A stretch of DNA of 57,038 nucleotides, counting the filler, from Piptocephalis cylindrospora (lineage: Eukaryota), in the NCBI GenBank assembly GCA_003614145.1. It is 3 parts of 3 records of this genome, joined end to end, with 100 filler letters (N's around TTAATTAATTAA, not from the genome) between each part and the next. Parts side by side here need not be neighbours in the genome. Positions count along the whole stretch, not along the records: positions 19,184 to 38,142 come from KZ987828.1; 2 more parts are not named here. One strand, written 5' to 3'. Shown here in pieces: positions 22,269 to 34,798 of this stretch. A program made the position numbers and the translations under genes. The notes beneath the pieces are model-generated. The model was not told the DNA's origin and searched no databases. It was given only the letters and a program-made list of their open reading frames with translations. How positions within the stretch are numbered: the first letter of the stretch is position 1; every line of letters starts with the position of its first letter.

Positions 22269-25200
22269 ATGTCCAAAGAGGATGGTTTGTCTTCTCAGGC
22301 CTTGTCCTCTCCTTCATCCACAGACAAGGACTCCCGGGCTCACTCCACTGACTGTTCTGATCTGACCCAGGAAGAACCCGCCCTTATCCTTGAGCCCTCC
22401 ATCAGTGCTAATGCACACGTTGACAGCGATGACGAGGTAGAGGGGAAGGACGGTGCGTCTGAGGATGGCGACTCGCCCGAAATGGAGGACAAATCAGAGG
22501 AGAATGGCGATGAAGAATCCAAGAATGATTCCATCCAGGATGTCTCTTCTCCCAAGCCCACTTCCCCGGAGGAAGAGAATACTGTCATTGTGGAGGAAAC
22601 GGTTGAGGAAGAGGAGGACATTATGGACGAAGTGGATATCACGGATGAGGTAGAAGAGGAGGTAGAAGTGAAGATTGATACTGAGGAGGAGGAGGAGGAG
22701 GAGGAAGAGGAAGAAGATGAGGTAGAGAAACAGGAGCAAGAGGAGAAGGAAGATGAAACAGAGGAAAATGAAGAAGCAAAGGAGGAAGAGGAGGAAAGGG
22801 AAGAGGCAGAGACTGAAAAAGTCGAGGACGATGATGATAATCAACCTATCGGAAAGGGAAGGGATCTCACAATCACAACCCATTCAGAGGACAAAACATC
22901 TGGGGAAAGGTCATCAGAATCGATGGGCCCGTCGGGATCAGTCAGTCCCTCAGACCCTATTAGCCCTTCGACCCTGGGTGATCCTTCTACCCCTGCGGTT
23001 CCAGACATCCCTCGCGTTCCCCCCTCTCCCAAGGGTCCTCAGTCCAGTAGTCTTTTCATCACTAATGCTTTGAACAAGCTTACCTCCGCCAAGGAGGCCC
23101 GAAGGAATCGCGTCCTTCAGGATTCTGTTGCTACTGCTCTTGGTAAGTGAATGACTGACCTTGAGAGACCATCATACCCGTCTCTTCTTCCTCTCATCCC
23201 ATCTCTCTCTGTAGAGGCCACAAAGAACCCCTCCATCACCCCGGGGGAAATGGCGCTTGCTGTCTACCCCGCCCTTCGTCTTGCCTGTGTCTCCGATATC
23301 CCCGCCCTCATGGTCACCTCTTTGGATTGCTTGGAAAAGCTCATTTCTTATGATTACATTGGCGAAACCTGCCTACCTCCGGTGATTGACCAGGAAAAAG
23401 AGGAAAGGCTTGCCGAGAAGAAGAAGGTCAAGCAATTATTAAGGGAGCAAAAGGAAGAAGCCAAGAGGAAGGGGGAAGAAGAAGCTGAAGAGGCCAAGAA
23501 AAAGAAAAAGGAAGAAGAGGAAGCTGAAGAGGCCAAGAAGAAACAGGAGGAGATCGAGGCTGAGGAGGCCAAGAAGAAGAAGGAAGAGGAGGCTGAGGCT
23601 GAGGCTGAGGCCGAGGAGGCAAAGGAGAAAGAGGAAAGGGCCGAGGAGGATGACAAAGAGGTTGAGGAGGACGACAAAGGAGCGGAAGCGAATGACGAAG
23701 AGACCGAGGATACTGGAATGGATGAGGGTAAGGAAGAGAATGAAGTAAAGGGGGAAGATGATGATCTGAGCAAGGTGGAAGAGGAAGGCAAGGAGGAGAG
23801 CGAAATGGATCAAGAGGAAAAGGATCAAGAGGAAAAGGATCAAGAGGAAGGCAAGGTGGAAGAGAATGTTGAAATTGAAGAGGCCAAGGTGGCTGAGGTG
23901 GATTCCAGCGGATCGACCGAGGAGGAAGAAGCCAAGGTCAAAGAAGAAGAAGAAGAAGAGGATAATGCTGATGATGAGGAAGAGGAACAGGAGGAAGTGA
24001 CGCCTCGTGTGCGTCTCATTGATGACTTGGTCGAAGTGACCTGTGAGTGCTTCATTGGGGAAAGTACTGATGATGCTGTCACCATGCAGATTATCAAGGT
24101 AAGCAAAGACACTGGTTTTTCAAGCAAGTATAATGTAAGGGAGGATGAACAAACTTTACCTTAACCCCTTCCCTCCCTCCCTTCCTCTCCTAGGCATTAC
24201 TGGCTGCTGTTCTCAGTGATACTTCCCCCATTCATGAAGCCATCCTGCTTCGTGCCGTTAGGACCATCTACAATGTCTTCCTTCTCTCCAGGTCTACTGT
24301 CAATCAGACTATTGCTCAAGGTACCTTGACCCAGATGGTCAATGTTGTTTTCGGTCGGGTCAACCTTCAGGAAGGGAGGAAACGACGATCTGAAATCCAG
24401 GCCGAGCCCACGCCCCCCACCTCTCCCACTCGAAAGTCCTCATCCTCATCCTCCCCTGGTGCTCCGGGGCTTAAGGCTCGTCCACGTCGATCCAGCTCCA
24501 TTGCCCATGCTCTTGCTTCGGGAGCCACTGTTCGGTTGGACTCTCGTCAGGACATTGCTATCCGGGATGCTTTTCTTCTCTTTCGCTCCCTATGTAAATT
24601 GTCCATGAAGCCTATTTCCACTGACGGGTACGTTTTTCATTTTTCCTTTGTAGTCTGCAAAGAGGGCTCCTTCCTCATCTTTCCTCTCTCTTTTTATCTC
24701 CTCTTCTCAGTGCAACGGACTTGAAGTCTTTGTCGATGCGTACAAAACTTTTGGCCTTACACCTCATCCTTGATATTTTGGATACTCATCTTCCCGTCTT
24801 TCTCATGCCCACCACCGCCTTACTTGCCGGGGCACCCGGGGAAGGTGTATCCCTTGATGGATCAGGAAGTCCTGCTTCCCCCACGGCCCAGACCGTCACT
24901 ACCACCTTTATCAATGCTGTCAAGCAGTACTTGTGCCTCTCCCTCTCCAGGAACATTGTCAGTGTCGTCCCCGCTGTCTTTGACTGTGCCCTAGAGACCT
25001 TTTGGAGGGTTCTAAGTGGCTTGAGGTCTTACATGAAAAAGGAAATTGAGGTCTTTTTCAAGGAGATCTTCCTTCCCATCCTCGAGATGAAAAATTCCTC
25101 CCTGGCTTCCCGTAGGGCCCTCCTGGGTATCCTGCTCAAAATGTGTAAAGACCCACAGCTCCTTGTCGAGGTTTATCTGAACTACGATTGCGATGGCGAG

Positions 25201-28200
25201 GCTTTGGATAATATTTACGAAAGGCTTGTGAATGTCCTGGCTAAACTGGCTTCCAGTCATACCCAAGGTGGTTCCGGAGATCCCGGATTTTCCTCTCCCT
25301 TGGTCAGGGACGGAGGAGAGGATGTTGGGACATCCTCCGTCACCTCTGGGGATACCTCTGGGTCCGGGTCCGGGACATCCTCCCCGGCCGCCTCGGTCAA
25401 GGGGGGTCTTCCTGCTGGGCTCACCTCCTCAACTGGCCCTACCCCTCCTTCCTCTAGGCACCGATCTTATCAGCCTTCCCTGACCACTGCTTCCGTCTCC
25501 TCTTCCCTGGCTGCTGCTTCTTCTGGACAGGCCCCTGGGGGCCCCGGAGTCAGTGAAACTGGTGTGAAGCACCGGTCCTTAGAGGCTCTGGTCTCAATCC
25601 TCTCCTCCTTGGTCGATTGGGCTTCCCGAACGGATGATCGGTCCACTGGGGGCTTGGATGGGTCCGCTGATCTACATGGTGTATCTGGTCGTATGTCCCG
25701 TTCTTCCAGTCAGGCCCGATCCATTGGTAGAGAGATAGGGACTGGGGATGATATTGGTGACGAGGCTAGTGAGGGAGGGGATGAAGGAGCAGAGGCCTTG
25801 GAAGCTTCAACCTCCCCCGAGATCTATGACGATCCTCAAGCTTTTGGTAGTCAACGGCAACGGAAACAGCAATTGCAGCATGGGATTAAGATGTTTAACT
25901 GGAACTTTAAGAAGGTAAGCCTTTTTTCTCTCTCATTTCCTCCAGGAGATACCGATCATGCTCTGTCTTTTAGTCTTCATCCTAACCTTCTCTCATTTTT
26001 TTTTCTCTTGATCCATAGGGAATGAAAATTCTCTTGTCCTCGGGCTGCATCCCGAATGATGAGCCAAAGACTGTTGCTAGGTTCCTTCTCACTACTGAAG
26101 GTCTATCCAAGTCCATGATTGGAGAATTCCTCGGGGAAGGGGACCCAAAGAACGTGGAGATCATGCATTCTTTTGTGGACTACATGAACTTTCGTCGTTC
26201 CAGCTTTGTGGATGCCCTTCGGCAGTTCCTCCAATCCTTCCGTCTTCCTGGGGAGTCCCAGAAAATTGATCGATTCATGCTCAAGTTTGCCGAAAGGTAC
26301 ATCCAGCACAATCCGGGCGCTTTTGCCAACGCCGACACTGCCTACGTCTTGGCCTACTCCGTCATCCTGCTCAACACGGATATGTATAGTCATCAGGTGA
26401 AGAAACGGATGACCAGGGTTGAGTTTCTTCGGAATAACCGGGGGATTGATGATGGATCCGACTTACCTTCCGAATACCTCGAATCGATTTACGAAGAAAT
26501 TGAACGGGAGGAGATCCGTATGAAAGAGGAGGTTATGGACGAGAGTATGAAGCAGAAAATTGGTGCGGCGGGAGGAGAAGATGGGGCCGGCTCCAATGGA
26601 GCCCGGGCCGCTGTCTCAGCCGTCATGGGGAATAAAACTGAGCAGTTGCTGAGGAGTATGGCCCGAAGCAATAAGCTTGCTCGATCCGGACGGGATCCTC
26701 GGGCCAAGCAGCATGGATCTGATGGGGCAGGGGCGAGTCCTGTCTCTGTCCCCAGTATTCCTGGGATGACCAAGTCTTCCTCAGTGGCCGGAACCTCCAG
26801 ATCCTCCACCCCAGACCCCTCCTCTCTTCAGACATCCTCCAAGGGTCATCATCGTCGATTGAGTGGAGGGACTAGTGGAGCAGGGGGAACTAACCGTTTT
26901 CATGCCGCTTCATCCGGTGGGCATGTCCGGCCCATGTTTGAATTGGGCTGGATGGCCTTCCTTGCTGCCCTCTCCTCCCCCTTACAAGATCCTAGTGAGG
27001 AGGATGGAGAGGCGGTGCGGGTGGCCCTTCGAGGCTTTACTCTGTCCATCCATATTATTGGTCTATACGACTTGGAGTTGGAAAGAGATGCGTTTATCTC
27101 CACACTGGCCAAGTGTACCATGCTCGGCAATCTTCGAGAGATGCGATGGAAGCATGTTCTTGTCGTTCGATCCCTCTTGGACATGGCTCTGACCGAAGGG
27201 AATGCCCTAGGTCGTGGATGGTATGATGTCCTAGTGTGCATCTCCCAGCTGGAAAGGTTCCAGAGCATTGCTGATGGTACCCTGGATGAGAGTGTTCCTG
27301 ACCTCCGTAGAGGGCCTGTTGCCTCTTCCTCCACGACCACGACCATTGGGTCCAAATCCACCCTCTTCACCAGTCAAGTTGCGGCGGAGAGCAGGTCTCA
27401 GTCGATTGTTGTGGCCGTGGATCGACTCTTTAATTCCACCATCCATTTGACCGGAGGGGCCATTGTCGAGTTTGTCGATGCGTTATGCCGTGTCTCCTGG
27501 GAGGAGATCCAGGCCTCAGCGGAGCTGGAGCACCCCAGGATGTATAGCCTTCAGAAACTCGTGGAAATCTCCTATTACAACATGGGCCGTATCCGGATGG
27601 AATGGTCCCGAGTCTGGTCCACGCTTGGAGAGCACTTTAATCAAGTAGGTACTCATGCCAATCAGAATGCCGCATTCTTTGCCTTGGATTCTCTGAGGCA
27701 ACTGGCCATGAAATTTCTGGAGAAGGAGGAATTGGAGCACTTTCGCTTTCAGCGCGAGTTCCTCCGGCCTTTCCAGTTCATCCTCGTCCACAACCGATCC
27801 ATCGCTATCAAAGACATGGTTCTTCGGTGTGTGGGCCAGCTCATCACAGCTGGGTCCACGGAGGGTAACATCCGATCTGGATGGAGGACAGCCTTGGCGG
27901 TGTATGGGGAAGCGGCTAAGGAGACGCATGAGTCTATTGTCTTGATGGCCTTTGATGCCGTTCGATCTATCTATGTGGACCGGTACCAGTCGGTTCGGGA
28001 AAATGGAAGTCTGCCCGACTTGATGGGAGCACTCGTAGAGTTTGCCCGCAACTCCCACCGGTTCCAGAAGACGGCCCTTCAGGCGATTGAGCTTTACCGA
28101 CAGGCCATGTCCCGTCTCGGGGAAGAGGGGATGTTGGAGGAGGAGGAAGGAGGAAGAAGGTCCGGAACTGGCCCTACCCTCTCCATCTCTCCTCCTTCGG

Positions 28201-29895
28201 CCACCGCTGCCGTATCGGTTTCCACTTCACCCACAGAGGCGACAGGGGCCGTGCCCACAGCCTCATCTCCCACCGAGGTAGTGTGGTACCCGATCCTGCA
28301 TGGACTATACCAGGTGGTGATGGATAGTGCGGATTTGGAAGTGAGAACGCGGGCTTTGGATGATCTTTTTGAGGCGGTGGAGCAGCATGGTCATGCTTTC
28401 CCCGAATCCTTCTGGCAGCTTCTCTTCGAATCTGTCCTCTTTCCCCTCTTTAACGATCTGAAGCAGCCTGGGTCTGGATCCCGTGGTCCCGAGCGGGATG
28501 GAGCGGAGGTTCCAGTGCCCGGTGGGATGAAGCCAAGCCCAACGAATGGCACCTTTGATGGGGAGGAGGGGGATGCTGAGGGAGCTAAGAAGAGCTCTGC
28601 TCCCCCATCCTCATCAGGCATTGCCAGTCTGAGCAAGAGACGACGACGTCGCTTCAGCAATGAGGATGAGATGACGGTGTGGTTGTCGACTACGCTTGTC
28701 AAGGCATTACGGAAGCTCATTGGACTATTTGGTCATTACCGAGAGATTCTCCGACCTAGGTTGGAGGGAGTCCTGCAGCTCCTGCGCATGTGCATCGAAC
28801 AAGGGGATGAGACGCTGGCAAGGATTGGATGCTCTTGTCTCCAGGACTTAGTGGAAGAAAACTGCGATTGGCTGGATGAGGCAGCGTGGAAGGAGGTTGG
28901 GGGGATGCTTGTTCTCCTCTTCCGGTCCACCTCGCCTATGGCCGTGGTGGTGGCTGCGGGAGGCAGGGCCAGTCCGGCACTGGCGGACAAATGCGGGGCC
29001 ATGTGTGCAGTGCAGCTGATCCTCCTAGAAACAGTGGAGGAGATGCTTCTTCGGGATGTCCGGGTGGGAGAGGCGATGGGGACGGACGGAGCATTCCTCC
29101 TCATTGATGCAACGGCCCGGGCGTACAGGCATGCACAAAAGTTCAATCGAACGGCTGCTCCCTCCCTCTTGGGCCTGGATGGTCGTGGAGTCCATGGGGC
29201 TCCCGGTTCTCGGGGTCTTAGTGAAGAGGAGGGCTCAAGGATGCAGGTGCAATTGGTGAAGCAGGAGCTCGGATGTCTTGGCTGCTGCGTCCGTCTCCTC
29301 CTATTGATGCATCGTCGAGATCAAGAGCGTGAGGGGGTAGAAGGGAAGGAGAAGAAGGATGAAGAGGAGGAAGGAAAGGAAAAGGCCGAGATTGAACGGA
29401 GACTCCTTCCGTAAGTTGAGAGTGGATCTTGAATTCATGGTTTGAGGGAGGGGACAAATGGTTTTGTCATAGGCTCACGTGTTTACTGACCCTTTCATTC
29501 CTTCTGGGTCATACTCTAGATTGGGGCTTGATACTCTGGCTCAGTATAATGCTCAGAGCCATGATGCCCGGGATGTACGGACACGAGGCCTGGCCTCGGT
29601 GGTCACGGTGCTTTTTGAATGGATGAGCGCCCTTGATCAGGATGAAGAGGTAAGGATTCTCAATGAGGAGAGGGCAGTAACTTGCCTTTCTCGGTTTTTT
29701 CCAGACATGACCCGTTTCATTTAGCTCACCCTTCCTCTTCTACTCATGACCTAGTTTATGGACAAGGCAGGGTTGTTCTACGAGGAGGCCATTGGGATGC
29801 TTCGATCGGATATCCCCAGGGATCTACGGATGTCTCTTGTTGGGTTTCTTCGTCGAGTGGGCCGTGCTTACAAGATTGTCGATGAGGGCAACTAG
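22269..29895 (+). CDS. SEC7: Large Arf-GEF Sec7/BIG (DCB-HUS-Sec7-HDS), 7 exons
   Basis: SLDCLEKLISY (DCB), RDAFLLFRSLCKLSMK, YLNYDCD (HUS box), FRLPGESQKIDRFMLKFAERY (catalytic Glu finger), PRMYSLQKLVEISYYNMGRIR and IRSGW. Introns at 23143-23214, 24099-24193, 24628-24710, 25915-26018, 29411-29519 and 29650-29754. Stop TAG at 29893-29895. Confidence 0.95.
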
Positions 29896-30779
29896 TAGGG
29901 CGCTATTGTCCTGTGGCAGAGTAAAGTTGATGGAATAATAGGGATGATTGGGTAATAGATGAGGGATTTGCGGGGTTTCACGATATATATCAAGTTGGTA
30001 TCTGAAGGAAGGACTAGTGGTGGGTCTTGGAAATTCTAGTACACTCTTGCTTTAGTAGCAGTAAAACCATTATATTTCTCCAGGTGGGGTAAGCTGGTGG
30101 GTATCCGAACGCACTGCCTGCCCAGTACACTCTTACTTTTTCTTGCCTATCTATCCCAGGGGATCGTGAGAAAGAAAGATGCAATTCAGGATGGATGACT
30201 TGCATGCTTATAAGGGCTTATTTACTATCCCCTTTCACTTTAAATGTCTCGTAAGATGTGCTTGTGTTCGCCTATACAGCAGTGTTAGTAGTAGAGTTGC
30301 ATTGACCCAAACACACCCTGTGTGCCCTACATCAGCTGCCTACCCCTGGAAAAGGCCTTTGGGAAGATGGAGTGCTCAAGACCTTGGATTGAAAGGGGAT
30401 ATATGGCGGGTGGGGGGGGGGGGTGACCACCTTATTCCTAGATGAAGGATCATTGGTCTTGAGAGCATGAATGGCTCTCATGGGGTAAGGGGTCAGCCCC
30501 TTTCAAATGCATGAATAGCTAAGTGCTGTCCACCTCTCCCTTCCCTGCCTTTAGGAGGGAGAGAGATTCATCTTAGTGTAGAAACTCAACTCAGCAGTGT
30601 TTTCCCCAACACACCTAGGCAAAGCCACGACACCACCTGGCAGCTCCGCGACACCCGGCTGACGGGATGTGCACTTTGGGTCTCTTTCCTCCTCCCTTTT
30701 CTGTTTCACCATCTCACTCATCCTGTCCTTTATACCGCAACTCAGTGTTTATTTCTACATTGCATAGCACAAACAACAG

Positions 30780-33700
30780 ATGGAGCGGCTACTTGCGATG
30801 GCGGGTCCAGGTACTTTGGCACCCCCGCCCTTTCCCCTCACCACTCCTTCACCGCCCCCAGCAACGTCTCCGGGACAAAAGCTGTCGACGATCCTGGAAA
30901 CGTCCGAGACCTCCCGACTGACCGGAGCCTCCAGGCTCCTACGACAGACCTCTAGAGCTGTATCCAATGGGTCGGACTGGCCTGGATTCCATCCTGGGCT
31001 CGGCCGGTCCTTCACCTTTCAGGGGGACGACCTCTCTGGACCTACTACACCCACTCGGGACGGCAGGCTTCAGGAAATGGATGGATCTCATGATGCCAGT
31101 GATGCCTCTCATGATGACTATCTCTTGGAGTACAAGACTCCATCCCGACTTCCTCTTCGTTCATCCTCCTCCTCCAATCATAACAATAACGCGAATGTCC
31201 CTGTTCAAGATCGAGCAAGGGGCTCAGGAAGTGTGTTCGAACCATGGAATAGTGCACAAAAGACCCCTAGGAAAGCAAGAACGTTCCGGGATCGATGGCT
31301 ACACGCTCACTCTGAGGATTCGGGTGATGAGGAGATGGAGACCAGGGAGACAGCCACGGCCCCACCCAGACTTGACGAGAGACATAGAACTCCCAGGAAC
31401 TTGCGGAGCACAAGAGCGGATATCACTCCTGTGTTTACTCGGGCCAACACGGATCCCGAGGCCATTGGGCCTTTAAACCGAGCCCAACCCCCCCCCCCCG
31501 GAACCCCCTACTGGACGCCGATGGGCGGAACTGAAGCGGGAAGTAAGCCTAAGGAGGAGAAGGAAGAAGGACGGGGTGGATGGTTGGATCAGTCCCAAAG
31601 TCCATCGATCTTTCGACATCGTCGAAATAGCCTTGGGTCCTTTGGAGCATCGACGGATTCAGAGGAGGGAGATGATATGTTCAAGGAGGGGAAAGAAGAA
31701 TGGGAGGAAGGAGAGGTTTTCAAGAAGAGAATGGATGAATGGGAGGGAGGGAATGCTGTGCCCAGAGGGAAGGTAGATGGATCGAAGGGAGGAGATCACG
31801 TAAAGGAATCAACGGCTCATGATGGATCTGAAATCAGTGATGCAGCCATCCCAGCGCCGTCGGCTCTTTCGGCCAGTTCCATGTATTTTCCCCAGGATAA
31901 ATGGTCGGATGATGAGGAAGAGGTTGAAGATAGGCTCAAGAGCTCTTCTCATCCTGGCTCTCCCACTTCCCGGCAGTATGACGGTTCCAATGAGGTATTT
32001 AACTCTAATGGTAAACTCTTTCTTTCTTTTTCCCTTCCTTCTCCCCCTATCTTTAACTAGACGCCCTTCCTCCTCCTTTCTCCTCTTCCCCATCCAGTTA
32101 ACATCTCGGAGATCCTCTCACCCATCTTTCGACGACGTCCCTCGGATCTCTCTGTATCACGACACGAGGATGAATCCATCCTGGCAGATCTTCCTGAGCA
32201 ACTCCAGGGGAGGAGGGAGAGAGTTAACGGGATTTCCAGTCCAGGATGGTACTTTTCCCGACGGAGCGGGCCCATGGGGACCCTAGAGGGACTTGGACCC
32301 GAGGAGGAGAGACCAGTTTTTTCCATCAATGGCTTCGATGAAATATCAGGGATTGCTCGAGGTGAGGGGGACGAGAGAGGAGAATTTTCCCCGGCCCGGC
32401 CTATCCCTCTTCTTGACCCGGGGCGACCCAAGAGCCCTGGGATGTCTTTACACTCGGGATCCACTGCCTCCACAAACCCCTTGACCACTCCATCTGTAGA
32501 AGCTCTCGCCAAAGATGTTCCCAGGGGCATGATGGGATCTGAGCTAGATGGAGGATTTAGAGGGGAAGGTGAAATGGAGAGTGGGATAGAGGTCTTCAAC
32601 TCTTCCTTTTACCTCGCCAAGGCGGCTCCTATGCTTCTTGAAACCAAAGAAGACGGGGAAGAGGAAGGGTTCCGGGCGTCCCATCCTCCGCGATCTCGAC
32701 GAGAGTATGGAGGAGGAACAAGCCATGTGTCCTCCTTGGGCTCCTCCTCCCTTTTCCTTGGCGCCACTGGGCTCGATGATACTCGGGGGATGAGAGAGAT
32801 ATTGAATGGTAGGAGGAAAAGTGCGGAACTCACCGCTAGCTCTCGGATGATGGGATCGGAGATGACGGGGATGGACCAGTCCTCGGGGTGGCTGGTCCAA
32901 GAATGGGCACGGAGACCCCTGGCCGCTGCCGGCCATTCCCCTTCCGAGATACTCTCTAATACTGAGGGGTTCTCCAGTGCCGATGGGCTTTCCCATGTAG
33001 AGGGACCTTTTCATGATGGGACTTCCTTTTCCCCTCCGTTCACCTCAACGCCAGCACCAAAGACAAAGATGGGAGGAGGCGTCAGGGAGGGGACTTCCAC
33101 CATGACCTTGGACCCCCGATTGCGTCTCAGCACTCACACAGTAAGGATGCTCTATGTGGCTCCAAAGCCTACAGGGTCCTCCAGGGAGGATCCTCCCCTG
33201 GCTCAGGCCGTAGTGGGACTGACGAATAAGAGTGAAGATTGGGTACCCTGGGAGCTTTCCTGGCCAGGTTTCCGCTTTGATGTCACACCAGTCTTTGGGG
33301 TCCTGGGTCCTGGAGAGGGTCTCTCTCTTTGTCTATCCGTCCGATCCCAACACATTCCTCGAAGTCTGGGTGGAGGTTTGAGTGCGGGGAAGGTGATGGT
33401 GTGTGGGGAGGGTGGGGGCTTTGATGTGATGCGGGTGTATGTGGGGGCAGCGGCGGGTCAGGCCCTTTCCGGTCTCTCCTCCCCCTCCCCTGTCCCCGAG
33501 ATGAGTGATGTTAGTGGGAGAAAGCGAGGTCGAGGGCTTGGGGGAGGGGAGGAGGAGGATGGATTGGGCCAGGAGAGGAAAAGGACGTCCATTGGTCTGA
33601 TGAGGTCAACCAAGGCTATTGGATCTATAGGAAATGGGTCTATGGGCGGGGGTGGATCGATGAGAGGGAGCGGGTCAGCCAGAAGAAGTGGGTCGGGCAG

Positions 33701-34254
33701 AGAAAATGGATCGGGGAGGGAAAGTGAATCAGTCAGGGGAAGAAACCCTTCCTCTGGTTCCTCCAAGCGATCATTGGAGTATGGCCTGAATGAATTGGAC
33801 GGTCGAAGGAACCCGGAGAAGAGAGATGCAAGGCCGTTTGATTCTGTCCCCCCTTCCCTCATAGCGCCCCCCAAGTCCTACCCAGGATGAGTCAAGATCA
33901 TCCAAGAAGGAGGAGGTTTCAAGCCGTGGGGTCCGACAAAGACTTCACGTGATGGAGGAATCCTTACAGGGAGGAGAGTGTTCCTTGGGTCAACGGACCA
34001 TGCGGCACGTTCGGGTGTGTAATCTTACCCAAGAGATCATGCAAGTGGGGGCTCGCGTAGAGGGTCCGGGCTTTGGCCTCATTACCTCCCGAGTCATGGT
34101 CAAGCCGCGATGCTACGTTCTTCTTCCCATCATCTGGGCTCCTCGTCGACAGGGCCCAACGGATGGTCAACTCTGGTTACATGAGGTGTCTCGACCCCCT
34201 GCCGGATCGGATCCAGCCTCTACTTCCATTCCACTTTATGGAAATGGGGTTTAA
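30780..34254 (+). CDS. CEP192: CEP192/Spd-2-like protein: long disordered S/T-P-rich N-terminus plus two ASH/PapD-like domains; last junction unresolved
   Basis: Exon 1 30780-32010, intron 32011-32097, then an open frame to 33890 containing LTNKSEDWVPWELSWPGFRFDVTPVFGVLGPGEGLSLCLSV. The terminal ASH domain RHVRVCN..VKPRCYVLLPIIWAPRRQG..IPLYGNG lies in the +1 frame (33865-34254), so an intron or frameshift is needed near 33865. Confidence 0.6.
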
Positions 34255-34407
34255 TGTGGGGTGTGTGTGTAAAGCGGAGAGGATTGTAATACAGATGAGG
34301 GGTATTCACTTTGGATTACTATCCTTTTGGGATTCTCTTGTGTTTTTAAATTATCGTCAGGATGTGCATCTTTACCGCTTCTGAGATGTCTTTAATTATC
34401 CTCTTTC

Positions 34408-34461
34408 GTGTGTGCGTATGTGTGTGTGTGTGTGTGTATGTGCATGTGTGCATGTGTGTGT
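34408..34461. repeat. Imperfect (GT)n microsatellite
   Basis: gtgtgtgcgtatgtgtgtgtgtgtgtgtgtatgtgcatgtgtgcatgtgtgtgt read directly. Confidence 0.85.
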
Positions 34462-34798
34462 ATCCCACGGTATACCTAGGCTCCGCTTGTAGTGTCGCTT
34501 GTGCAAGCGTCGCATTGACCCTCCCTCCTCTCTCAGACCAGCTAGGATCTAAAAGATGTGTGCTGGGGTTTTAAGGGAAACTTACCTCCTGGGCCCTGTA
34601 GGGGAGGGCAAGCACCTCTGAGGTATTCCCCATTTAAGGGCCGTTCCTGGAAGGGCGAATCGAGGGTGTCCAATGCCCTACTAAAGCGTTAGGAGACGTT
34701 GATGGGATGCGGCCTAGGGAGAAGGTTCAGGGACAGCGTGAAAGCTTACTCGTCTATCTATTCTTTTTACGTCTCCTAATTCTCATCTCTCCCCTGAC

